From contig OZ025785.1 of the NCBI GenBank assembly GCA_964019425.1, positions 992,001 to 1,056,000 of the forward strand: DNA of 64,000 nucleotides. The letters run 5' to 3'. The stretch's first letter is position 1. Each line of letters starts with the position of its first letter. This DNA comes from Flectonema sp. DT1601 (Eukaryota). This document shows, piece after piece, positions 1-11,019 of this stretch. The position numbers and the translations under genes are program-made. The notes beneath the pieces were generated by a model. It saw only the letters and a list, made by a program, of their open reading frames with translations, had not been told where the DNA came from and searched no databases.

Positions 1-1472
1 TAGTGTTCTGGGTTCACTTTCAGGTTGGTAATTGTCAAGGCCAGGGATATCAGAGACATAGTCTATCCAGACATTCCATCCCATTTTGATTTTTCCCTCA
101 AAAATGAGCCTCTGTACTTGTACATTATTCCCCTAATCAAAATGGTGCAAAATCCGGTAAAAAACCAGGAGAAACACTAATGCACTTTCCGATTTTCACT
201 GCAACTGTAAATTTTCCCCAAGAGCCAGATTCCAAAAGTGACACAAGCAAGGCAGGAAGTGAAAACAACAATGAATAAAGAAGATCAGGAGTGTAACCAA
301 AAAGAGAGAGAGAAAAATTATTTTCAACTGAACGAGTCTGGTAGGCCGGTAGCAAGACTATTCTCAAGCACTGGATGAGTCAAGAAGGCGAGTGATCTGT
401 TGATGTTGACAGACCGGAAGCCCTGCACACATACCGTTCTTTGCATGCACTCAGTAAATTTTTCAGAGGCTGAGCACACTATCAGGACCTGACGAACAAC
501 CCAACCTTTCCGTGAGTACTTGTCTTTGCTAATCTCGTCAAGTCGGATGAACATCATACAAACGTTATCTCAACATCCGTGTGCGGGTGTTATCTTCCTC
601 ATCTCGGTTTAGCCCTGCACCATCTGCGGATTCTCGAAGGAAACTGGTAGCCTACGATGCTTCAGTAAAACGTTCAGGTTCCTAACCACAAACGTTTTTC
701 TCTCTAGGCTTTTACTCTTTTACTACGGACTCTCGCTTAAAGAGATTAAGAAAATCTCCAAGTGCGTAGCTGACTATGTGCACATATGAAAAAAGTTGGA
801 GGAATTGCTAGTTTGTTGGGTTATATTCGTAGCAGCTTCACGGTGACGGCGGCCTTACCGAGAATTATCCCTGGTTATTACGTGTTGAAAGTCACAGGTT
901 ATAGTGTCAAAATAATACTCGCGTGGGTGGTTGCTCTCTTCGGAGAGCATAACTTCAGACCCGTCAATTCACGGCGCTTATCTTTACGCACATCTTTAGT
1001 TGAACGAGTTCAAGTCACTTCCCTGCATAGCAGATCCGTGTCCTCTGTATTAACGCTATACTAAGTGTGACTGTGACTGATACACGTAATGGTTGGGTTC
1101 TTTAAGTACTCAGGACTGGTTGCTTGCTAATGTGAATGCTGACGTTCGAATTCCCCGACTTTCAAGTAAATTTAGGTGAATGATTTCTCTTGTTTTCTGT
1201 CTGACGCTTGTGATGCACCTCTTGTATTCTAAGTCACAGGTGTATGAGTAATAGAGTGCTTTTTTTTTTTTTTTTTGTGTGCACAGCAGGTTCCTTCGAC
1301 CTGCTTTGCTGTTTGCGCTGTTAGGCGCGGTTGTTCTTTCTTTCTTCTGTAAACTTTCTTTTTGTGGGGATTGGGGAGTGCTGCGGAATTTAGCAAATTT
1401 TTTTTGAAGGAAAATTAAAAATGGACAGACAGGAGGGGATGCAACTAAGTGAATATTTTTTCTCCTTTCAGA

Positions 1473-1479
1473 GCCGCTT

Positions 1480-1528
<49 letters not shown>

Positions 1529-1545
1529 AATCCCAGGTGGTGGCA
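1473..1545 (+). tRNA. tRNA-Phe (GAA)
   Basis: GCCGCTT-TAGCTCAGTTGGGAGAGC-G-TCAGA-CTGAAGA-TCTGA-...-CCTGG-TTCAATC-CCAGG-TGGTGGCA cloverleaf, 73 nt, followed by TTTTT (Pol III terminator). The acceptor stem has two G-U pairs and one U-U mismatch. Confidence 0.93.
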
Positions 1546-1802
1546 TTTTTGATATTCTGTCAAAATGAAGAGATGATGCAGGTGTGTTAACAAACACTAA
1601 TTAATGTTCGAAACGAATTTTAAACTTTTGCTGCAAAGCTGCATACGATTTGCATCGTGAATGTTAATAAGATTAAACTAAACTGAGGGAAGTGAAAAAA
1701 AAAAAAAAACATCCTAAACGATGTGCAATTGGTGTCTGAGACTGGTAAGTGGAACACAGCTGCCCACTATTTAGTTTATCACTAAGTGTTTGTCATGGCA
1801 CC

Positions 1803-3322
1803 CTAGTAGTGGTAGATTCCAAATACAGTTGCTATAGCAAATAATCCCTGTTTTTTTGTTTCGGTGGAAGTCTGTTGATAGTAAAAAGAATTGGCTTTAT
1901 CTAACCCTTACACCTAAAAAAAAAAAATCGCTATTTCGCAGGAGAGGTATTGAGGGCACTTCCATCTATGTCAAATGGTAAATTTTCCATTTGCTAAAGC
2001 TGGCCGATTTGTCACTTGACAAAGTATCTGACCCCAAATGGGGGAATGCTTGCAAGTCGGAGCTGCAGGTTTTTGAGTTTTTCTTCAGAGGACAGTTTTC
2101 CAGAAAAACTCTGAAGGGAAGAAAATTTAAACTGGCCGCACCTCCTCATAAAATCTAACCTAAAGGATACTAAAGTTTGACTCTTTGCGCTTAACTTTAC
2201 TTTCAACAGGTATCACACCACAAAATTCCTTGTGATGTTCCTAACCGACTTCCCAAAAATCCAGCATGCCGATTGAGATGGTAAAGAAGAAGTTAGAGAT
2301 CCAGCCCAACACAGTAGCTGCAAATGAAGTTCCATGATCATGGATCGATGTTATTTATATTTTTCAAGCCTGTGTCAACCCCGAATCCTCCTACCTGCTG
2401 TGCCATGATGTGGGATGTTTGCGTATTTTCCGCTACCAATTTGCAGGTTTGCAGGCAAAAAACAGGGGGAAATCTGATTTTTCAATTAATATTGACCGTG
2501 ATTTGGCATTCTCTTTACTTGGGCTCCCTTTGACACGATGTTGTGTAGAAACATCCTTTCAAAATACAGGGAGCTATTAATGGAAAGTGTTGAATACACT
2601 GCCGACCTTATTATTAGTTCTGCTGAATGTGCAACAACGCACCAACGTACGCACCGTCAGGTGTGCGGGTGACTGGTGCTATTGACATTGTAGTTGTGTA
2701 CCAACCGGACACAGGTTTTCTGGGGTACCTTTTCTCTTTTTGAAAAAACAGTAAAAAATTGTACCCGTTATTTTAGTGGTGTAAGGGTTAAACTATGCAG
2801 AAAATAGTAATTCCAATTTGTTTGTGCACGACACCGTGAACCGACCCAAACTAATAAAGCTAAAGGAGGTTTACATGTGCAGCCAACATTCTAGTTCATT
2901 CTTTACAATACTTGTTAAATGCACTATGTAAAACATCTTGAAAATAAAGGTGACATACCTTATTCATATAAATATCTTGTGCATAGCTATCTGTGTCCTC
3001 GTCCCAAAAGCAGCGACACCCCTGTTGTTTATTGATTGGTCAAGCAGTTGATTAATAATTTCACATTTATAACACATACCATCTTAACACCATCACCTTT
3101 TTGCTCACAAATGAAAACATTTACTATTAGTTTGTAACGGTCATATTCTTCATGTTTCAGGCGGTCTCGTATAAGGTCTGCTACCTCTTTAGTTAAGCTG
3201 CTTACCGAATCAGCATTGTATTCTCCACCGTCTAACTTCTCAACTAGTACTTGTCTGATTGTCTCCCTAACCTGTGTGGGCCGAAACTTCCGACGGAAGT
3301 CCGGCCTGAGACTGATCGACAT
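1803..3322 (-). CDS. Tctex-1 family dynein light chain (TCTEX1D2-like); 3 coding exons 3322-3080, 3021-2959, 1847-1803
   Basis: ORF has the RYKLIVNVFICEQKGDGVKM motif. GT-AG splicing adds in-frame GCRCFWDEDTDSYAQDIYMNK and GLFAIATVFGIYHY*, the typical Tctex-1 C-terminus. An additional upstream exon cannot be excluded. Confidence 0.9.
1905..2787. mobile_element. Non-autonomous piggyBac-type element (MITE-like) inside the last Tctex-1 intron
   Basis: Left end CTAA|CCCTTACACCTAAAA (1901-1919) and right end TTTTAGTGGTGTAAGGG|TTAA (2771-2791) form an inverted repeat starting CCC, flanked by CTAA/TTAA. No long ORF inside. Confidence 0.75.
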
Positions 3323-5892
3323 GGTTCCGCTAATTGTTGCGAATATTCCTGTTAAGAGTAAATTATTAATACCGGAAATCTAGAATACACAACCGCAGTG
3401 CTGACCCTAAATATTTGTCCTGCTTGTTGATGAAGTAGCTACCATTGTCGAAATATTTCTATCAATCTCTCTCACCAACTTAAAGTGAAGACGAGGCTAA
3501 TTAATGTTAGTAAATGCACGAAAAAGTGAATCACGCATTACATCATTGGGTCAATATCACAAGAGAGCGGCGTTGTTCAGTTTCTAACTTGTTCAAAAGT
3601 AACGAAGTCATGCGTATCGGAATGGCAACGTGACTTGATTCCCTAGAAAAAGCGCCGTACAAAAAATGAATAGAATGCGCACGCAAATCACACGGCGAGT
3701 TACAATTTTAGTATTAGACTCAAGCTAACGATAGCAAGTGTCAGAATGTAAAAGAATAATGCACTTTGCTGTTCCATTTAACACTGATACTGAGGCTTTA
3801 ATACTCCTCCCCTTCATCAGTTTTTAAATTTTATAGGATTTATCAATGGTACTATTTCCAAAGAGTTAGTATTTGTCTATTAACGAGATGGGACATCAAA
3901 CAAATGATGGGCAATTTTTTTTTTTTAAAAAAAATCTTTCCCCCTCAGTGAAGAAATAAGTGTCAAGAAAAGAAGTGATTAGGAATGCATTTTTGTCGGA
4001 CAACAGAAAGTAAGGAAACTTGTCCAACTTTGTGTAGGACAGTTCATTCCTAAAAACTGAACAGTAGAATTAGTTAATATGTGAATCAAAAATCACAGTA
4101 GCATCTCAGACGGCAAACAATAAACGAATCGACAGGCGTACAATTCACACTAACAAAGATTTCCAATTATTCAACAAAAGACGCTTTTCCTCAGTCGACT
4201 TGGAAAGTTGTTGTTAACAGAATTGGGAAAGCTCGCCTTGCCACGCCCACCCCTAGACTAAGTTAGAGTAAAAAGGAAAAAAACAACGAAAGGATTTTTC
4301 GTTTTCTGTTTTGCAAAAATCAGTTTTGATATTTTATCAAGTTTTTAATTGGTTGATTTGAATAAGACAAGATACAAATAGAAGAGTTCATTCATCGATG
4401 CAGAAATACAACTCTCTTCTTTGCTTGAAGCAAACAAGATTATGTTTTCGAAAGATAAATGTCGATCCGAAGATAGCCAAATTACAAGAAAAAACGGAAT
4501 AAAGGGTTCACATGTTCACATGGCCATGCAAAGGGCTTTTTTAAAAAAAAATAAGGTGGACAGAAATATCAGAACGATACAAGAATCTGGTTAATAAATT
4601 GACAACAAAAGATGTACCAGAAATTAATTTCCCTAAACAAAAGTACTAATGTGTGCAGAAAAGCTGCACATTAAAAGAACAAAAAGACTAAATGGTTCTC
4701 ACCTTGTTTTTGTTTGTACGCAAGGTGTTTAGCGTGTTTCTTTCGCTTGTAAAACATGTCTTAGAGACGAAAAACAAGTTAGTATTAATAATTATCAGTC
4801 AATCAAAAAAAAAAGGCAAAAAATCGTAGGACAACAAACAAGTTGGTTTCGGCTAAGATTAAAAACAATATTTCTTCGGACCATTAACCCCTTACCAGCC
4901 CTCTTCAGCGAAGAAAGCAAGGGGGACACTGCGGTGTCAGGCCTGTCCTACCCATCGAAATGGAAAACATAGTTAGTATTAAAGTTAGCAAAGAGTCAAT
5001 TAAAAAAATTGTGGGATAATAAACAAATAATGGTTTCGGGCTAAAATCAAGTTGTTAGAATATAAGTTTATTATAAAAAAAGTGTGCCAAATTAAAATAT
5101 TTTTTTTTTTTTTTTTTTAATAGTATAATTAAAATTAGACCCTTCGAGTAATTTTTAGTTTTGGTACTTGTCCACGGCTGAGCTGATTTAGTAAACCACA
5201 AAATCTCTTTTCTCAATTCGGGAGACAAGTATGTGATGCCAACCTCCCGATTTCGGACGGAAATGAACCCAACGATGCAGCGCATTAAAATGCCGCTTCG
5301 ATCGAAATTTTTACAATTTTTTTTTGAAAAAATTTTTCAGTGTCCAGAATTTGTTCGCAAAAAAAAGGAATGACTGATATTCCCAAGTGAAAGAAAGGTT
5401 ACTACGATTCTCGTTCACAAAAAAAAAAAAAAAAAGAGGAAAAAAACCATTCAAAATAGCCTTCTATTTCGTTGAACGCAGACAGAATCCTTCGGGGAAA
5501 TAACATCATAAGAAATAACAGCTTTAATTCTGAATAGTTTCCTCTCCGACTACGTCGGTACAACAAAAAAAGAAAAATGACATCTCACTCATTAGTTTCA
5601 CGTTTTCCTCCACCAAAAACACTTTTTCAGAAACTCGTAGACAGAGCAAAAAAATTCTGCTCTCCTTACTTACGTAGAAAAGCGCGTCTTGTAAGAAGTA
5701 GCTACGCAACTACATTTGTTGTAAGCAGAAACTGAATAAGCTGTACGACGTGTCCTTGTGAGGTGCAAGAGAAGGAAAACAGAGAAGACACGCTAAAAAT
5801 AAACGATAAGGAAGGTTTCGTAATAACCAAAGACAGAAATGAAATAATTTTATATTATGCTACCAGGACGTACTCGTAAGAGTCGTCTTTAT

Positions 5893-8526
5893 TTATTCAA
5901 CCAACACCTGATCAACAGAGATTCTACTCGGCAATGGTACAATTTTCGGAGTCAATGAATTCTCGACGTCAACTGGCTTTGCCTTTTGCCTTTTCGCTTT
6001 TAAAAAAACTGCTGTGACAATAGCAGCGAACGGTCTCTCAACCAAAATCCAAATAACAAGTGATGCCAAAAAGGACATTGCCAGAATACTGAGCCAGCTA
6101 TAAAATATCCAAAAGTCTGTGTAATTAATCGGATGATTAAGTAGAGCACCCTGACCATAAATTATAATTGGATGTACTAAATAAACTCCATAAGAAAGTT
6201 TACCAAGTGACGACCACACTGGGTGAGACATACCTCCCAAGACTGTTCCACCATTCCCTAAACAGAACTGAATGCAACATATGCTCAGGCCAAGTCCCCA
6301 TGCCAGTAAATAATAAATATTCATTGCCTTGTGACTGCGGTCGCTCCAATCGTCACCCTTTTCGTGAGCAGATTCCCTCTTGAATAAGAGAAATACTGCA
6401 GACAACATCAGTCCAGCACTAATTAAAAAGCTGCCGTAGATCTGAACTTGTTTTCTGCTAAGCCAACGCTTCTTTTTGTTCTTCCCAGCTGAAGTATCTC
6501 CCCTTGGGAGTTTCGTGTCTCCATTTTTATATAAAACTTCGTTCATTTCCACAGAAGGGTCCTGCTGGTTTTTTGGTTTCCAAAACAGTAAAAAATGCTT
6601 GAGACGGCCTTGAACTGAGCAACAATCGAGAAAAATCGCCGATGCAACCCCAAATAACCAAGGAGCTATCCGAAGGTACGGACGCACGTAGGTATCGTCA
6701 AGGCGAGTTAGCTTCTCGGTATAAGCAAGAATCAAGTTGATGATCAGAAAGGTAAAAATGGAAAAAGAAACGCACCCGCGGAGAATTGAACTGGAATCTC
6801 GAAGCTTAACATACGGAATGACAACGAATGGCAGTAAGAGTGAAAATTGAAAATCACAAGGCAGGTACCAAAGCCATCCAAAGCAAGTCTTATTTGGCCA
6901 ATCAAACAGATTACTAATCATGAGTACATTCCTCCACCAATACTTATCACAGTAATTAGGTTCAGAGATGAAAAGCTGCAATTTGTATAAATACCAGTTG
7001 GGGCCAAATCCAAGATCAGGTATCAGCTTTGCGCCAACCAACATCACAAATCCCATGGCTGGTATAATTCTTAAGTATCTTTGGAAGTAGGAGATGGCAA
7101 CGGCAGGCGCAATGGTTTTCGGACTTGAAAATACTTTTGGGTTCTTAACTACAACGTTGCTGAGGATAAGCGTACCTAGGAACCCAGACATCCAGAAAAA
7201 AGAATCCACGGCGTACTCCGAAGCGGGTATCGGAGCTGAGCGAAGACTGGTGATGTGATTGAGTTCATAAGTTGGATTTCCAAAACTTGGTGATGTTGAA
7301 AAAAAGAGATAAGTATGCCCGAGTGCAATCCAAGAGACTGAGATCGTTCTCACACAATCAAGAAAAGCTGTCTCACCACCTCTACTTGATAACAGTTGGC
7401 ACATACTTGTTCGGAGATCAAATGCTGTTGTGAATCGCTGAGTGTAACTCACAGATGTATTAACAAACACCATTCCAATTAGAATGATTACCACAGCAGC
7501 TGAGATTTTAAATCCGCTTGAAGTAAATCGTTCGTCTTCATCATCGAGTTCACACGTTGCGTCAATTGTTCCCAAATAAGTTCCAACAGTGAGTTCTCTG
7601 TAAAGATCCTTCACATCTTTTGATGAACATTCCTTGGGAACACAAAGTGATATTTGTGCTGCGAATAAATGACATGTCTGAGAACCAGCCTTGCTATCGA
7701 GGCCGAGTTCGTAGCAGCTTGAGGGATCTCCGTGGTATCCACCTCTGATGTAGCCTTTCAGTAGACGGCGTAGGTCAGGATTACTAGACCCTGAAGCATA
7801 TTGGTAATAATCATTAACAGCAAACTCGCGACATTTATGTGCATCTCCGGTCCTGTTTGGACACGTCCCACACATGTGGGGACACAACTCCTTTACAAGT
7901 ACTTTTTCTACTGATTGATTGAAATATGAAACATCGTAGTTACAGCCGTAGGTGCCTAAAGCAGTGCAGTTGCTCCCCGCTTTTTGAAGCTGCCCGTTTG
8001 GATCATCAGAACAGAATACAAAATCACGTTTACGATCACAAGTCTTACACGAAGAAGGACAATACACCCAAAGAGGTTCATTCCCCGCACTTGTATTATG
8101 AAGAGAAAGACAACCAGAACTATTAACCATTTCCTCACAAGGTTTATTATACAACTCCTTTATTAATTCGAATGGATCGTCCTGGCAATTTTCTCTTGGA
8201 GAGGATCGAACTGGACAGTTTTTACACGAGTTTTGACACAATATATTCGCGGGAGCGGTGTAGTTGTAGCCAGTGTCTATCTCATCTGTGCAGGATATGT
8301 CAGTACAGTTTAATACATCGTCGCACGTTAAGTCTGGTGGACAATTTGTACAGGCAACGGGACAGATTTCCTTTACAATCAGATCTGGTGGAGCGTAGTA
8401 CCCAACTGGCTGATTACACATTCCAGAATACAAACGGAATTGACAGGTGTCGTTTCCTGACAACCATTTCCCGTGATTATCAACACAGCTTGACGTCATT
8501 AGTATGAGTAAATAAACGATAGTCAT
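5893..8526 (-). CDS. Multi-pass acyltransferase-3 (NRF-6/O-acyltransferase-like) with N-terminal ShK-like Cys-rich repeats
   Basis: 877-aa ORF: signal-like N-terminus; four Cys repeats ending CPxxCxxC/CQxxCxxC; AT3 motifs FLDCVRTISVSWIALGH, AVDSFFWMSGFL, RYLRIIP, WLWYLPCDFQF, LGKLSYGVYLVH, VERPF. Confidence 0.88.
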   Translation of the reverse strand: MTIVYLLILMTSSCVDNHGKWLSGNDTCQFRLYSGMCNQPVGYYAPPDLIVKEICPVACTNCPPDLTCDDVLNCTDISCTDEIDTGYNYTAPANILCQNSCKNCPVRSSPRENCQDDPFELIKELYNKPCEEMVNSSGCLSLHNTSAGNEPLWVYCPSSCKTCDRKRDFVFCSDDPNGQLQKAGSNCTALGTYGCNYDVSYFNQSVEKVLVKELCPHMCGTCPNRTGDAHKCREFAVNDYYQYASGSSNPDLRRLLKGYIRGGYHGDPSSCYELGLDSKAGSQTCHLFAAQISLCVPKECSSKDVKDLYRELTVGTYLGTIDATCELDDEDERFTSSGFKISAAVVIILIGMVFVNTSVSYTQRFTTAFDLRTSMCQLLSSRGGETAFLDCVRTISVSWIALGHTYLFFSTSPSFGNPTYELNHITSLRSAPIPASEYAVDSFFWMSGFLGTLILSNVVVKNPKVFSSPKTIAPAVAISYFQRYLRIIPAMGFVMLVGAKLIPDLGFGPNWYLYKLQLFISEPNYCDKYWWRNVLMISNLFDWPNKTCFGWLWYLPCDFQFSLLLPFVVIPYVKLRDSSSILRGCVSFSIFTFLIINLILAYTEKLTRLDDTYVRPYLRIAPWLFGVASAIFLDCCSVQGRLKHFLLFWKPKNQQDPSVEMNEVLYKNGDTKLPRGDTSAGKNKKKRWLSRKQVQIYGSFLISAGLMLSAVFLLFKRESAHEKGDDWSDRSHKAMNIYYLLAWGLGLSICCIQFCLGNGGTVLGGMSHPVWSSLGKLSYGVYLVHPIIIYGQGALLNHPINYTDFWIFYSWLSILAMSFLASLVIWILVERPFAAIVTAVFLKAKRQKAKPVDVENSLTPKIVPLPSRISVDQVLVE

Positions 8527-8814
8527 GAGTGACTACCTCCCCTCGCTCCCCAAGTACTGAATTAGAATTAAATAATTAAACTATCTCACACAAATACTCT
8601 CTTGGACACAAAGCAAGCTTTCAATATTCATTCAAGACCTGTAGACAAGGGTGGGAGTTATTCATAAATAATAATAGGAACTGAAACTAATCTAACTTAA
8701 CTGAGATGGTGTAGAGTTTGTAAAAACAATAGAATGTACGTGCGATATAAATTATTATTTTTTTAATCTCCGAGCTGAACATAACACCAGCAGGTTGTTG
8801 AGACTGCCGTAGAA

Positions 8815-10781
8815 TCAACAACAACCCACAGTAGTGGTGTCAATATTGTTATTTTTGCTGCTGTTGGAAGCTGACTGACAATCATCCGAACCGTCGGCAG
8901 CGGAGACGTCTGCGGATTCAGTCTGCGGTAGTTGAGGTACTACTCTACCAACACCAACACGAGTTATCTCCGCCAACTTCTTCCAAATGTCTTCCTTCGT
9001 GGTGACGACTACACGTCTGCGATGAGTCTTCACTCGAAGGGCTTCAGGTGGACGTTTTGAATGAATTGTCGCCTTCTCGAACATCAACAACGAAGAGTCT
9101 TCTAAAAACTTATCATCTTCTTGAGTGATGTTGTTCACGTAGTTTAGTTTTACTTGACGACATGCACCGCCGACTATGTGAGACCCGGTCCTGGTTGGAT
9201 CATTTTTAATTATTTTACGAGACAGCCAGGGTGATGACCTCACAACCTGACTAACTTGATCACCACTCTGTGAGCTACCCCTAACAATGGTATCACATCT
9301 CGGTGAAGGAGGGATCGGAGTTGGAGTGCAACTGCGAATACGACCAAAAGGAGAAGGTGACTTCAATACAATTCCCTGACTAACAGATCTCCAGGTACAT
9401 AACGTGTGATTGACTTCAGTATCAGCTGCACTTACTGTTGACTGAACACCCAAACTATAATCACAATTCGGTGGTGTTGATACTTTCTTATATCTTTTTC
9501 CATGTGACGGAACAACCGGAGGCATTGGACTGTATCTCAGTACCTCATCTGCTGCAGACGATAAGGTACCCGAAAATCTTCTCTCCAATGGTTCACTGGG
9601 TTGATCTTTATTTACTATCTTTAGGGATATTTCCTTTAGACCTTTTATGTTTGTTTGTTCTTCACACAATGAGAATACATACAACAATACAATTAGTGTA
9701 AGAAAGTAATTCAAACCTTCGCTTGGTTTTGAAGTATTTGTTGGTTTTCTTTGAGTCAATAATTTGCTTTTTGGTCGAACTTTCTCACCCTCTCTGGGAA
9801 CACCTGTCGGACTACTAACGTAGCGTTTGCGAGTTGCATATGAAATCAGCCGAGCGCGACCTATTGTGGTGCTATTGCTGTTAACGGTGGTCAGCTGCTT
9901 GAAGATTGGACACTTGTCAGCTGGAGTACCTGTTGTTAATTATTACTTTATTACTTTATTAACAACAACTCGTCTTAAAAGGAGTTCACTACTATACCTG
10001 GAGGTGTTACCGGCTCTGGGAAGTCATCTGATATTCGCAACCCTTTATTTAAACAATGATTATAGCCATTGTAATAAACTCCATATGTACCTGGTGGTAC
10101 CGTTGGTGGAATACTACTTTGAGATGACAACATATAAACATCAGCTAATCGATGTGAGTACACAACGTGAAGTTGTTTAGCTTCTTGTCTTGGACAGTTA
10201 CCTGTTACAAGTCGACAGGACGCACTGAACGCTCTTAAGTTGTAAGGATTAAAGAACAGTTCTTTGTATTGCTGTGCTAATGGTGCCATGTCTAACAGAA
10301 GAGACACATGTGCTGAAACAGCTGCAGATTTTGGAGGTAGCAACTGAGGTGGTTGCCAGTTCTTTATCGCAGCGTGTAGGGCAACTCTGTGAACTTTTGC
10401 TATGGAACTTAACAATTTATAAGATTTTGGTCCCTTCGTTCCGCCGTGTGATATCTGTGACATTAATTTACATATTGTTTGACGTCGCTTGACTGCGTAC
10501 CTAGTCATCGCCTTCACAATCCGTTTTACAGCGTTGAGCATTCTCCTCATGGAGAATACAAATTTTCTCTTCGCTAAGTCTCTCAGGAATTGAATTATTA
10601 ATCCTCTTGATGATGAAGCAAACCCGGCATTCGGTAAGGGACGTTGCAACAAAATAGCACCAACGAAGTCAACAAGAAGATGATCTCTACAAAATGTGTA
10701 CCACTCCTGATGTCCGATCCATTGTTTGCTAACAGGAGTAAATCGAGTTCCTTTTCCCAAAACTTCCTGCATAGTACTCAT
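8815..10781 (-). CDS. Hypothetical protein; the ORFs at 9975-10781 and 8815-9759 are probably one spliced gene
   Basis: GT-AG intron 9997-9930 (CCAG|GTATAG...CAACAG|GT) joins the two ORFs in frame. Further in-frame intron-like segments are likely. No recognisable domain. Confidence 0.6.
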
Positions 10782-11019
10782 CTATCATTTCTTTCTGTTT
10801 TTTTGAGTCTTCATTCAAAGTAGCACATAATCGACTATTGCTGAGGGGGGTCAGAAATGATTACGTTGGTTTACTTTCAAAAAAAAGATGTATCATATTA
10901 GAGGTCATTGTTGAGTACTACTGAAGAGTGAATGAAACTTTAAACCGAGAAAAGAAAAAAAAACAACTTATTCTCTTTTTCTTACTATTAAATTAGAACG
11001 TAAAGTTTGGCAAGATGCT

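Noticed and set aside
1..1200. Short ORFs at the window start
   Set aside because: No recognisable motifs or consistent gene model.
4884..4910. TTAACCCCTTACC and TTAACCCTCTT (30716) as piggyBac-like termini
   Set aside because: No matching inverted partner end found in the window.
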